Source: Chryseobacterium gleum (GTDB lineage Bacteria > Bacteroidota > Bacteroidia > Flavobacteriales_F > PHOS-HE28). Taken from it: a stretch of DNA of 64,000 bases. The notes under the pieces were generated by a model, which made no database searches, was not told the origin of the DNA, and saw nothing but the letters and a program-made list of their open reading frames with translations. The stretch is from the NCBI GenBank assembly GCA_945872795.1, contig CAMCAZ010000013.1, positions 915 through 64,914 of the forward strand, given 5' to 3'. Positions 29,527-38,922 of the stretch are shown piece by piece. Made by a program: the position numbers and the translations under genes. Every line of letters starts with the position of its first letter. Position 1 is the stretch's first letter.

Positions 29527-29550
29527 GACCTATCTGCCGGCAGATAGGTC
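29527..29550. repeat. Perfect 24-bp palindrome of the CCTG(C)CTACCGG-type REP-like family
   Basis: GACCTATCTGCCGGCAGATAGGTC. Confidence 0.8.
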
Positions 29551-29843
29551 AGCTGGTTTATCCGTTCATCTCATCATCCGATCAGCGGATCAGGCACTGG
29601 ACCGCAATGCCAACCCAATGGTGGCTTCGGTACAAATGCCTGACACAGTTTCTGTGCGAACTGATCGTGATCATGTGCCGATCACGCACTATGGCTCACA
29701 TTCGCTCCGTTCGTAGCATACCCGTGGGGAGCGTCTCTCCACGTGTCCATCAGAAGCAACGAGCATCAGCGCGCGGCTTGTCGCTTCCATCGGGCGGAAC
29801 TCATTGGCATCAGCACCGCCCACTTCGAACCCCTGTCGTGAAC

Positions 29844-30296
29844 ATGCCATCCACTGAAAAGGTCCGGGTCACCAAACGATTCACCTTCGAGATGGCGCAT
29901 GCGCTGCGCTGTCACGATGGGCTGTGCGCGAACATCCACGGGCATTCGTACGTGCTGGACGTCACCCTGCTCGGTAAGCCGATCCACGTACCCGGCCATG
30001 CCAAGGATCGCATGGTGATCGATTTCGCCGACCTGAAGTCCATCGTGAAACGCTCGGTGGTGGACCGCTACGATCATGCCTTGGTGCTGAATGAGAACGA
30101 TCGGAGTGCCGTGGCCACCGACCATTCCCTTTTCGGTCGTGTGCTCTTCACGCCCTGGCAACCCACGTGTGAGAACCTGTTGCTCGACATTGTGCGCACG
30201 CTTCGGGAGCAATTGCCTGCCGAAGCACCGCTCCACCTGGTGTGTCTTCAGGAGACCGGCACCAGCTGGGCGGAGTGGAGCAGGGACGATGTCTAG
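29844..30296 (+). CDS. queD: 6-carboxytetrahydropterin synthase
   Basis: TKRFTFEMAHAL, C.NIHGHSY, IDFADLK, YDHA, PTCEN, QET. Confidence 0.9.
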   Translation: MPSTEKVRVTKRFTFEMAHALRCHDGLCANIHGHSYVLDVTLLGKPIHVPGHAKDRMVIDFADLKSIVKRSVVDRYDHALVLNENDRSAVATDHSLFGRVLFTPWQPTCENLLLDIVRTLREQLPAEAPLHLVCLQETGTSWAEWSRDDV

Positions 30297-30474
30297 CTTG
30301 TTCGGAGAGCAGCGAAATTGACCTCACCCCCTGCGCTCCTGCCTACCTTTCGCACACGGTCCATCAGCCTGTTGTTGTTCCATACCGATGGATGATGCAG
30401 GTCATGTGGAAGCGATCGGAGCGCAGGGAGTTTCGCGCCTCCCCAACAGCCTCCTGATGGACCTCAGAGCCACC

Positions 30475-33024
30475 ATGCCCAGCCCGACGCACACTTCTTC
30501 ATTGCCCACCTTCACCAGCGAGGAGGTCCTTGCCGAGGCCCTCACGTACTTCCACGGCGACGACCTGGCCGCCACCACCTGGCTGAACAAATACGCCCTG
30601 CGCAACGCGGATGGAAAGCTGGTGGAGGGCAGCCCGGCCGACATGCACCGGCGCATGGCGAAGGAGTTCGCACGCATCGAAACACGCTACGCCCCCCTTC
30701 CTGCGGAAAAGCGCGCCCAGCTCTCCGCCTACGGTCAGCGGCGCCCCGCACTGGACGAGGAGCGCATCTTCCAGCTCTTCGACGGCTTCCGCGATGTGGT
30801 GCCGCAGGGCAGTGTGATGGCCTCCCTCGGCGATCCCTACCGCCTGGCCTCGCTGAGCAACTGCGTGGTGATCCCCGCGCCGCTGGACAGCTACGGCGGC
30901 ATCTTCCACAACGACCAGCAGCTGGCACAGCTCTTCAAACGCCGCTGCGGGGTGGGCTTCGACCTCAGCACCCTGCGTCCCACCGGTGCGGCCGTGAGCA
31001 ATGCCGCGCGCACCAGCACCGGCGCGGTCAGCTTCATGGAACGTTTCAGCAACACCACCCGCGAGGTGGCCCAGAAGGGCAGGCGCGGAGCGCTGATGCT
31101 CACCATGGACATCGCGCACCCGGACATCGAGCAGTTCATCAGCATCAAGCAGGACCTCAGCAAGGTCACCGGCGCCAACATCAGCGTGCGCGTGAGCGAT
31201 GCCTTCCTGCAGGCCGTGGAGGCCGATGCCGACTTCACCCTTCACTGGCCCATTGACAGCAGATCACCCCGTGTGACCAAGGTGGTGAAGGCCCGCGCGT
31301 TGTGGAACACCCTGATCGGCTGCGCGCATGCCACGGCCGAGCCGGGCGTCATCTTCTGGGACCGGCAGCACCGCTACAGCACCAGCAGCGTGTACCCGGG
31401 CTTCCGCAACGAAAGCACCAACCCCTGCAGCGAGATCGCGATGCAGGGCGGTGACAGCTGCCGCCTCATCGCCATCAACCTTTACAGCTTCGTCACCGAT
31501 GCCTTCACGCCGCAGGCCCGCTTCGATCACGAACGGTTCGCTGCCGTCACGTATGAGGCTCAGCGCCTGATGGACGACCTGGTGGACCTGGAGCTGGAGG
31601 CCGTGGACCGCATCCTGGCGAAGATCGACAGCGACCCCGAGCCCGATGAGCTGAAGCGCACCGAGCGGGAGACCTGGCAACTGCTGCGCGATACTGGTAT
31701 CAAGGGTCGTCGCACGGGTCTGGGCTTCACCGGCCTGGCCGACGCCCTCGCGGGCATCAACCTGAAGTACGACAGCGATACCGCCATCGAAGCAGTGGAA
31801 GGCATCATGCGCACCAAGTGCCGCGCAGAGTTCGACAGCAGCGTGGACATGGCCATCGAGCGCAGTGCCTTCGCGGCCTTCGATCCCGTTGTGGAGCGTA
31901 CGTCGGAGTTCACCGCCATGCTGGCCCATGAACTGCCCGAGGTGCACGGCCGCATGATGAAACACGGACGGCGTAACATCAGCCTCAGCACCGTGGCGCC
32001 CACCGGCACGCTCAGTCTGCTCACCCGCACCAGCAGTGGCATTGAACCGGTATACATGCTGGGCTATACACGTCGCCGCAAGATCACGCATGCCGACCCC
32101 AATGCCGTTGTGTCCTTCACGGATGACCTGGGCGATCAGTGGGAGGAGTTCACCGTGCACCACTCGCGCTTGTTGGATTGGATGCAGGCCACCCGCAGGA
32201 CCGACCCGGCCGAGAGCCCGTACGCCGGTGCAACGGCCAACGACATCGACTGGCGCCGTCGTGTGCGCCTCCAGTCGGTGGTGCAGAAGTTCACCACGCA
32301 CAGCATCAGTAGCACCATCAACCTGCCCAGCACCGCCACGGTGGAAGAGGTGGGCGGCATCTACCTCGAGGCCTGGAAGCAGGGCCTCAAGGGCATCACC
32401 GTCTACCGGGATGGCAGCCGCAGCGGCGTTCTGGTGGCCACCGATGTAGCGTCGACCCCCGGGATCGACCCGAACATTCACATACCCCGCCCCGAACGAC
32501 TGGAGGCCGACGTGCTGCGCTTCAACAACGACGCACAGCCGTGGATCGCCGTGGTGGGATTGCTGAACGGCAAGCCCTACGAGATCTTCACCGGCAAGGC
32601 CAACGGCGGTTTCGAACTGCCGCGCTGGGTGAACACCGGCTGGGTGGTGAAACGCAAGGACCCGGAGCGCGGCAAACACATCTATGACCTGGAGTATGCC
32701 GATGCGGACGACCAGCGCACCACCGTGCAGGGCCTGAGCCGCACCTTCAACAAGGAATTCTGGAACTACGCCATCCTCATCAGCGGCATGCTGCGCGAAG
32801 GCATGCCCCTGCTTCAGGTGGTGGATGTGGTGGCCAACCTCAACCTCTACGATGCCACCTTGGGCACCTGGAAGAACGGCGTGGTGCGCGCCCTTCAGCG
32901 TTATATCCCCGACGGCACCCAGGCAATGGGTCGCAAGTGCCCCGAGTGCGGTGATGCCGAGGGCCTGTACTACGAGGAAGGCTGCCTGAAGTGCCGCAGC
33001 TGTGGGGGGGCGAAGTGCGGGTAG
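30475..33024 (+). CDS. nrdJ: Adenosylcobalamin-dependent (class II) ribonucleotide reductase
   Basis: SLSNC, RRGALM, TNPCSE (thiyl-radical Cys), VAPTGT, KGITVYRDGSR, C-terminal CPEC...EGC..C..CG..KCG. The start could be 30457 or 30388. Confidence 0.95.
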   Translation: MPSPTHTSSLPTFTSEEVLAEALTYFHGDDLAATTWLNKYALRNADGKLVEGSPADMHRRMAKEFARIETRYAPLPAEKRAQLSAYGQRRPALDEERIFQLFDGFRDVVPQGSVMASLGDPYRLASLSNCVVIPAPLDSYGGIFHNDQQLAQLFKRRCGVGFDLSTLRPTGAAVSNAARTSTGAVSFMERFSNTTREVAQKGRRGALMLTMDIAHPDIEQFISIKQDLSKVTGANISVRVSDAFLQAVEADADFTLHWPIDSRSPRVTKVVKARALWNTLIGCAHATAEPGVIFWDRQHRYSTSSVYPGFRNESTNPCSEIAMQGGDSCRLIAINLYSFVTDAFTPQARFDHERFAAVTYEAQRLMDDLVDLELEAVDRILAKIDSDPEPDELKRTERETWQLLRDTGIKGRRTGLGFTGLADALAGINLKYDSDTAIEAVEGIMRTKCRAEFDSSVDMAIERSAFAAFDPVVERTSEFTAMLAHELPEVHGRMMKHGRRNISLSTVAPTGTLSLLTRTSSGIEPVYMLGYTRRRKITHADPNAVVSFTDDLGDQWEEFTVHHSRLLDWMQATRRTDPAESPYAGATANDIDWRRRVRLQSVVQKFTTHSISSTINLPSTATVEEVGGIYLEAWKQGLKGITVYRDGSRSGVLVATDVASTPGIDPNIHIPRPERLEADVLRFNNDAQPWIAVVGLLNGKPYEIFTGKANGGFELPRWVNTGWVVKRKDPERGKHIYDLEYADADDQRTTVQGLSRTFNKEFWNYAILISGMLREGMPLLQVVDVVANLNLYDATLGTWKNGVVRALQRYIPDGTQAMGRKCPECGDAEGLYYEEGCLKCRSCGGAKCG

Positions 33025-33037
33025 GTCGTGCGGGGTG

Positions 33038-33328
33038 AACCTCACACCACAGCTATCACCCTTCACCCTTTACACTTCACACCTCTCTGATGGGTGAGGT
33101 GTGAATGCGGAGTTGTGAAGTGTGAATTGGGGGCAAGGCGGATGTGCGGATAACCTCACACCTCAGCTATCACCCTTCACACCTCACACCTTTCTGATGG
33201 GTGAGGTGTGAATGCGGAGTTGTGAAGTGTGAATTGGGGGCAAGGCGGATGTGCGGGTAACCTCACACCTCACACCTCTCTGATGGGTGAGGTGTGAGTG
33301 CGGAATTGTGAAATGTGAATTTTGGGCA
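33038..33328. repeat. Three tandem hairpin units built from inverted heptamer arrays
   Basis: Units start at 33038, 33152 and 33259; each is (CYTCACA)n-loop-TGATGGGTGAGGTGTGA.TGCGGA.TTGTGAA.TGTGAATT. Confidence 0.9.
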
Positions 33329-33664
33329 CCGAGGTCTGACGTAAGTTCCACTATTGCGGCGATTCCGATGGCCTCTGCTCTGAGAAAGGCTCATTGACGT
33401 GCCGCAGTTGTAGGGGGACGAAATGTGGGTGATGCGATATGCCCCTGTGAGGGTCCGCTGGGCATCATCTTGATAGAACTCCAGCAAGTCCTCCCCACGC
33501 CTTCAGGAGTCTCCAGCTTCTCGAAGCCGAGCGCTTCGTTTCAGGCATGGTTCGCTTATGAAATTCCGCATGCACCAAGGCAGGACATGTATGGCGGGCA
33601 TGATGGCGGTAGGAGGCTGCGCTCGTCCGACCACCTGATCTTTCGCAAGGTGATCGAGACAGGA

Positions 33665-34585
33665 CTAATTCCTGTCCCGCATCCGCGCGTACATCACATG
33701 CATCACCCCCATATGCGGTGCGGTGAGCACGGCCAGTCCCACGATAACGGCGACCATGAGTGTGCCGGTGTTCATGTACGCGAAACCACCGAGGGCCAGC
33801 AGTCCCATGCCCACGAGGGCCAGCGCGCTATAGAACGCTATGCGCTTCACGATTAGCCCTGTGGCGAACAGTCCATCCTTGCGCAGGTAGGCAAGGATGT
33901 TGGTGAGCGACAGCACGGAATGCCAGCCGACGAAGTAGAACACGAAGCCCAGTACGAGCGGCAGAAAGTGGAGCAGCAACGCAAGCAGGGCGAAACGCGC
34001 CAGGAAGTCGCCGCCCTCTGCCCGTGACGCAGGGTTCACCGCGAAATAGGCGAAGGAGCTGCCGAAGAAGAGCACCATCGAAACGCCCAGCAGGACCAAT
34101 TTCGAAGCGAGGATGCGGTCCAGCCAAATGGCCTGCTCAGGGGAGGCGTCTAGTACCGCCAAGATCGGTCGAACCTCCTCTCCATGACCCAGCAGGATGA
34201 TGCCCAAGATCACAAGGCCATAGTTCAGTACAACGACCTTGCCCAGCAAGGTCTCGGTGCGAAGGCCGCTCAGGTCCGTTTCGCCGAAATGGTAGGCGGA
34301 GAAGAGCATGAACAGTGCAGCACCGAGCAGGGGGAACAGGTAGAGCACGGCTCCGAACATCAGCAGGCGGCCGAGGTATCCAGCGAAGAACAGTGGAGCG
34401 TGAAAGGTTCGGCCATCATCACGCGCCTGCTGGGCGGAGACCAGCAGGTCGGCCGCACCGTGCGGAACGCCCACCAGCACGATGCCCAGGAGGAACAAAC
34501 CCACCTGCAATTCAGGGGTGAAGACCTGCAGCACCTGGTGTGCCAGCAGAAGGGCACAACCGAAAAGCAATAGCCAGGTTCTCAT
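33665..34585 (-). CDS. blh: Beta-carotene 15,15'-dioxygenase (retinal synthesis)
   Basis: GVPHGAAD, YHFGETD, YFVGWHS, LTAPHM (four His ligands); directly downstream of the rhodopsin. Confidence 0.9.
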   Translation of the reverse strand: MRTWLLLFGCALLLAHQVLQVFTPELQVGLFLLGIVLVGVPHGAADLLVSAQQARDDGRTFHAPLFFAGYLGRLLMFGAVLYLFPLLGAALFMLFSAYHFGETDLSGLRTETLLGKVVVLNYGLVILGIILLGHGEEVRPILAVLDASPEQAIWLDRILASKLVLLGVSMVLFFGSSFAYFAVNPASRAEGGDFLARFALLALLLHFLPLVLGFVFYFVGWHSVLSLTNILAYLRKDGLFATGLIVKRIAFYSALALVGMGLLALGGFAYMNTGTLMVAVIVGLAVLTAPHMGVMHVMYARMRDRN

Positions 34586-34667
34586 CGGTGGCGGTGTTGA
34601 TCTTCCCCGTGAACCACGGTCCCTGCCGGGCAAGGACCGTGGTCTCACGATGGGAAAAAGAACTGGA

Positions 34668-35405
34668 TCAGGCCTTGGCCGTTGCCTTGTCCGACTGGGC
34701 CAGTGCATAGATCACCAGACCGAAGCCGATCTTATTGATGGCGTCTCCGATGTTGTACACCACATCCAACGAAAGGCCACTGAGCACAGGTACGCCGAAC
34801 AATCCACCGGCGGTGCCTGCGATGTAACCGATGGGGTAGATGGCCCAACCCACCAGCACGAACCAGGCGAGTGCGCGATTGGCCTTGCGCACGGCTTCGC
34901 CCGCCTTGTTGGCCAGCTGTGCCACTTCACCGAACCAGATCAGGTACACGATGTAGAAGTAGCCGATGCTGCTCACGAAGCCCCAGATCCAGCTCTGCGT
35001 CTCGGTGGGGTAGATGGCCTCGCCGATGTAACCGGTGACCAGCATGAACACCGATGCGGCGATCAGCTTCCACAGCAGCGACATCTTCGCACCGGCCTTG
35101 CGTGTGATGAGGTAGAACTCCACACACATCAAGGGTACGGTGAGCAACCAATCGACGTAACGGAAGAAGACGGGCGACTCCCCGGTGGCCAGGTTATAGT
35201 CCCGCATATAATAATAGTGAACCGCCGCTATGAATGTGATCAGGCCGCTGATCAATACGGAGGTACGCCACTTGGCGTCGGTGTTGCCCACTTCGAAGAG
35301 GAAGAAGACGGACGCGGCCATCATGGCCATGGTACCGACGAAGAAGGTGAACGCTACGTAGTTATCTGTAGCGATCGGCAGAATGTTCAAGAGAACCTGA
35401 TGCAT
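34668..35405 (-). CDS. Proteorhodopsin-type light-driven proton pump (DTE motif)
   Basis: AAVHY, RYVDWLLTVPLMCVEF, GWAIYP, DAINK (retinal Lys); seven hydrophobic segments. Confidence 0.95.
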   Translation of the reverse strand: MHQVLLNILPIATDNYVAFTFFVGTMAMMAASVFFLFEVGNTDAKWRTSVLISGLITFIAAVHYYYMRDYNLATGESPVFFRYVDWLLTVPLMCVEFYLITRKAGAKMSLLWKLIAASVFMLVTGYIGEAIYPTETQSWIWGFVSSIGYFYIVYLIWFGEVAQLANKAGEAVRKANRALAWFVLVGWAIYPIGYIAGTAGGLFGVPVLSGLSLDVVYNIGDAINKIGFGLVIYALAQSDKATAKA

Positions 35406-35669
35406 GACTTGTTTTGGGTTTATGGTGAACGACACAAAAAGGCTGTGGTCAAGGGGAAGACCTAACCTGCGCTCGCGATCGCCGGTAGGTCCTTCCCAAG
35501 GCCACGTGGAACAAGGGATCCGTGGAAGGAACAAAGGGGTCACAAAAAAGGTTCACCACGCTTTTGTTCCATGGGGTGCAGCACGCCGGTACCAACCGCT
35601 CAAGCGCCTGGTGTGCTGAACCATCTTCATCACTCCGTGTTCTTCTCACCTGACCAACACTCGGAACCC

Positions 35670-36173
35670 ATGCTGAAGATGATGTTGACCACGGGCTTCG
35701 TGCTAGCCAGTGCCTTTGCGTTCGCTCAGAAACAGGACGTGGTGGACATCGCGATCGGATCGAAGGACCACACCACCTTGGTGGCCGCAGTGAAAGCCGC
35801 AGATCTGTTGGCCACCTTGAAGAGCGAAGGTCCCTTCACCGTGTTCGCCCCTACCAACGCAGCCTTCGATAGGCTGCCGAAGGGAACGGTGGAAGGCCTG
35901 TTGAAGCCCGGGTCCAAGGCAGCGCTGAGCGGCATCCTCACCTACCATGTGGTGGCCGGCAAGATGGATGCGGGCGCGGTGGTCGCCGCCATCACGGCGG
36001 GCAAGGGCAAGGCCGTGCTCACCACGGTGAATGGTGCCAAGCTCACCGCCACCCTGAAGGGCGACAAGGTGGTGCTTACCGACAGCAAGGGTGGAACCGC
36101 CACGGTCACCGCCACGGACCTGATGGGAACGAACGGTGTGCTGCACGTGATCGATACGGTGCTGATGCCCTAA
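35670..36173 (+). CDS. Fasciclin (FAS1) domain protein, secreted
   Basis: GPFTVFAPTNAAF, ILTYHVV, NGVLHVIDTVLMP. Confidence 0.95.
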   Translation: MLKMMLTTGFVLASAFAFAQKQDVVDIAIGSKDHTTLVAAVKAADLLATLKSEGPFTVFAPTNAAFDRLPKGTVEGLLKPGSKAALSGILTYHVVAGKMDAGAVVAAITAGKGKAVLTTVNGAKLTATLKGDKVVLTDSKGGTATVTATDLMGTNGVLHVIDTVLMP

Positions 36174-36350
36174 GGGCTGAACGCGCATGCATAGCTATCC
36201 GCCTTGTGCATGTGGGACGTCTTGGTCGTTCGGGGATGAAACCCGCGGCCTGAGACAACTGCTTACTGCCCTTTCCTACAGGTCGCGGTCAGACGTCATC
36301 TCCGCTGCTGTTGTTGATGAGGATCTACATTCGATGCAAAGCTTGGTACC

Positions 36351-36692
36351 ATGGAGTATTTGATGACCGCACTGCAGCTCGCCGTGGCATTCTCGGTGGC
36401 CTACGTCTGGATCTTCCGTTATCACAACGTCGTCGCAGAGTTCAAGCAGTTCGGCCTCAGCGATGTGACCCGCAATGCCGTGGGAGCGGCCAAGACAGCC
36501 TTGGCCACCATGCTGGTGGTGGGCATCTGGTATCCACCCGTGCTCCCTCTTGCTGCCGGGGGCATGGCCGTGTTCATGCTGTCCGCCCAGTTCTTCCATT
36601 TCAAGGTCGGCAACCCTTTCAGCAAGAAGCTGCCCTCCTTGGTACTGCTGCTGCTCTCAGTGTGGGTCGCGTTCGCATCCACGCCTTCATGA
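36351..36692 (+). CDS. DoxX-like membrane protein
   Basis: EFKQFGL, HFKVGNP..K.LP, hydrophobic helices. Confidence 0.75.
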   Translation: MEYLMTALQLAVAFSVAYVWIFRYHNVVAEFKQFGLSDVTRNAVGAAKTALATMLVVGIWYPPVLPLAAGGMAVFMLSAQFFHFKVGNPFSKKLPSLVLLLLSVWVAFASTPS

Positions 36693-36696
36693 ACAC

Positions 36697-37044
36697 ATGA
36701 CGCTACTCACGGTAAGCGTATTCCTGTCCAGTATTTCTTTCTTCCTCTATGTGGCGGACTACTTCCGATCACCCCACATGCGGAGCGAGTTCAAGCGCTT
36801 TGGTCTTGAGAAATTGGGTCTCGTGATCGTCATCCTGCAACTGCTGGGGGCAATCGGTCTCTTGGTGGGTCTGCGCTACGGTCCCATCCTCACGTTCGCC
36901 TCCCTGGGCCTGGCCCTGCTGATGTTCGCCGGCGTTGTTGTTCGCATCATCTCCAAGGACAGCATTCAAAGCTCGTTGCAGGCTCTTTTCTTCATGGGCC
37001 TGAACGCCTACATCTTTTGGGCATCGATGGCATTGTGGCCTTGA
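36697..37044 (+). CDS. DoxX-like membrane protein
   Basis: MRSEFKRFGL, LQLLGAIGLLVG, VRI..KD. Confidence 0.75.
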   Translation: MTLLTVSVFLSSISFFLYVADYFRSPHMRSEFKRFGLEKLGLVIVILQLLGAIGLLVGLRYGPILTFASLGLALLMFAGVVVRIISKDSIQSSLQALFFMGLNAYIFWASMALWP

Positions 37045-37104
37045 ATTGGCGTTTGGCTGCGATATGGGTAGGACCACCAACTCCCAACCCCGACCAACTA
37101 TCCA

Positions 37105-37560
37105 TTACCCACCATACTTCACCACCACCGCCAGCTGCCCCGCATGGTAGGCCGTGTGCGTCACGATCCTCCCCAAGGCTTCGGCCTTCGTCTTCCGCCC
37201 GAACTCCTTCGTCTCAATTACCGTGTCCCAGTCCGCATCGGCGGTCGCTTCGATGGCGCGTTGCAGGGTGGCAGCGCTCTCCTGCACATAGGTCTTCAGC
37301 GCAGCGAGGTCCGTCCACTCGCCGGTATCATGGCCCTTGGCCACGGTGCTGGCATGCACGGGCACGCCTTGCAGCCCGAAGACGTTCTTGGCGAAGAGCA
37401 GCTCCACATCACCGATATGCCGCAGCAGGAAACCCGCGCTGTTCGGCGAGGGTGTGAGCTTCTTGGGCAGGTCGGCTTCGGTGAGGGTGTCGAGCACCTT
37501 GGTGAAGCGGGTGCGTCCTTCGGTGAAGAGGGCGAGGAGGGCGGTGGTGCGGGGTTCCAT
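37105..37560 (-). CDS. DinB-family protein
   Basis: NSAGFLLRHIG.VE and HTAYHAGQ His triad. Confidence 0.85.
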   Translation of the reverse strand: MEPRTTALLALFTEGRTRFTKVLDTLTEADLPKKLTPSPNSAGFLLRHIGDVELLFAKNVFGLQGVPVHASTVAKGHDTGEWTDLAALKTYVQESAATLQRAIEATADADWDTVIETKEFGRKTKAEALGRIVTHTAYHAGQLAVVVKYGG

Positions 37561-37573
37561 GGTTGGGTTGGCT

Positions 37574-38922
37574 TCAATTCCATCCCAATGTACCGCCGCA
37601 CAACCACCATGTCCTGCCAAAACCCAGGTCACGCAGGACTTGCGCGGCCTGTGCACTGCGTCCGCCGCCCTTGGCGCACACGGTCACGATGCGATGCATG
37701 CGCGACCAGTTGCGCGCCTGGTCCAGCAGCTCGGTGAGCGGGATGTTCACCGCTTCGGGCAGGTGACCGCCGGCGTACTCTTCCGGGGAACGCACATCCA
37801 CCACACGAACCTCAGGTTTGTTGAGCAGCGGCTTCAGGTCTGCTGGCTCCAGGCACTTGCGTTCACTGGGCATGCGCAGCCACACCACCACACCGCTGAG
37901 CATCGTGACCGCACCGATGGACAGGATGGAGGCCGTTATTCCGAAGCGATCGGCGATGATACCGGTGAGCAGGGCGCCGATGGCATAGCCCAGATCGCGC
38001 CAGAGGCGGAAGATGCCCACGGCCTCGCTGCGTTGTTGCGGGTGGGTGTGTGCGGCGAGCACGGCCAGGAAGGTGGGGTAGACCAGCGCGGTGCCCAGAC
38101 CGAGCGCGGCGCTGAGCGCGATGTAGGCGCCGTTGCTTTGCGCGAAGGGCAAGCCGAGGCTGGCCATGCCTTGCAACACCATGCCCAACACGAGCAGCAG
38201 TTTGCGGTCCGCATGGTCGGCGATCTTGCCGGTGAAGAGCTGGCCGATGCCCCATACTGCAGGGTACACCGCCGCGATGGCGCCGATGCGTTCCGGTCCG
38301 AAACCCTCGTTGAACAGCAGCACAGGCAGTAGTCCCCAGAGCATGCCGTCGTTCAGGTTGTTCACCAGTCCGGCCTGCGTCACACTGCCCAGCGTGCGCC
38401 CGAATAAAAGGGCACCGGCCGTGGCCCGTAGTGCGCCGCGAGGTAGCCGGTGAGGAAGGCCATGCCACCCACGGCGAGGTAGCCGGCGAATTCGTTGAGG
38501 CCCATGGCCAGGCCGCGGTCATTCTCGCCCACGAGGTCCATCTTCATCACCACGGTGCTGCTCCACGCGAAGCCTTGGTGGATGCCCAGCAGGATGTTGG
38601 CCGCCACGATCCAGGCCCAGGCATCGGTGTAGATCAGCATGAACGGAACAGGTAAGGCGAGCACCCAGCCGGTGATCAGCAGCGCCTTGCGGCCGTAGCG
38701 CCCGGCCAGCCTTCCCGTGAAGTAGTTGGCCAGCGCCTTGCTGATGCCGAAGGCCATGATGAAGCTGAGCGCCGCGGAGTGCGAGGCGATGCCGAACTCC
38801 AGTTCAGCGAGGACCGGCAGCACTGTGCGTTCGATGCCCACCATGCCGCCCACGAAGGCGTTCACGATCACCAACAGGGTGAACTGCTTCCAGTTGGCGC
38901 GGAGACCGAGGGTGGTGTTCAT
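37574..38922 (-). pseudogene. MFS transporter-rhodanese fusion, split by an internal deletion/frameshift near 38400
   Basis: The 5' half (LGLRANWKQF...GLNEFAGY...PFYSG) and the 3' half (RTLGSVTQAGLVNNLNDG...WRDLGY + DVRSPEEY..GH...VCAKGGGRS) are in different frames with no linker between them. Confidence 0.8.

Noticed and set aside
29674-29843. preQ1 riboswitch before queD
   Set aside because: No short hairpin plus A-rich tail matching the preQ1 consensus was visible
22023-29843. Prophage or integrative element carrying the helicase-nuclease
   Set aside because: No integrase, transposase, tRNA target or flanking direct repeats were found
30297-30474. Cobalamin riboswitch or NrdR box upstream of nrdJ
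   Set aside because: No B12-box consensus or convincing NrdR palindrome seen by eye. An Rfam/Infernal scan would be decisive.
30475-33024. Intein or intron in nrdJ
   Set aside because: The length is ordinary and the catalytic motifs are contiguous, with no splice-junction or LAGLIDADG motifs
12647-33066. Long antisense ORFs (e.g. 12647-14527, 18316-20478, 23486-25753, 31264-33066)
   Set aside because: Shadow frames of high-GC genes with strong codon bias, with no recognisable motifs
33038-33328. CRISPR array
   Set aside because: Units are ~110 bp and near-identical throughout, with no unique spacers and no cas genes in the window
33330-33664. Short ORFs between the repeat array and blh
   Set aside because: No motif or codon bias to support them, so they are left unannotated
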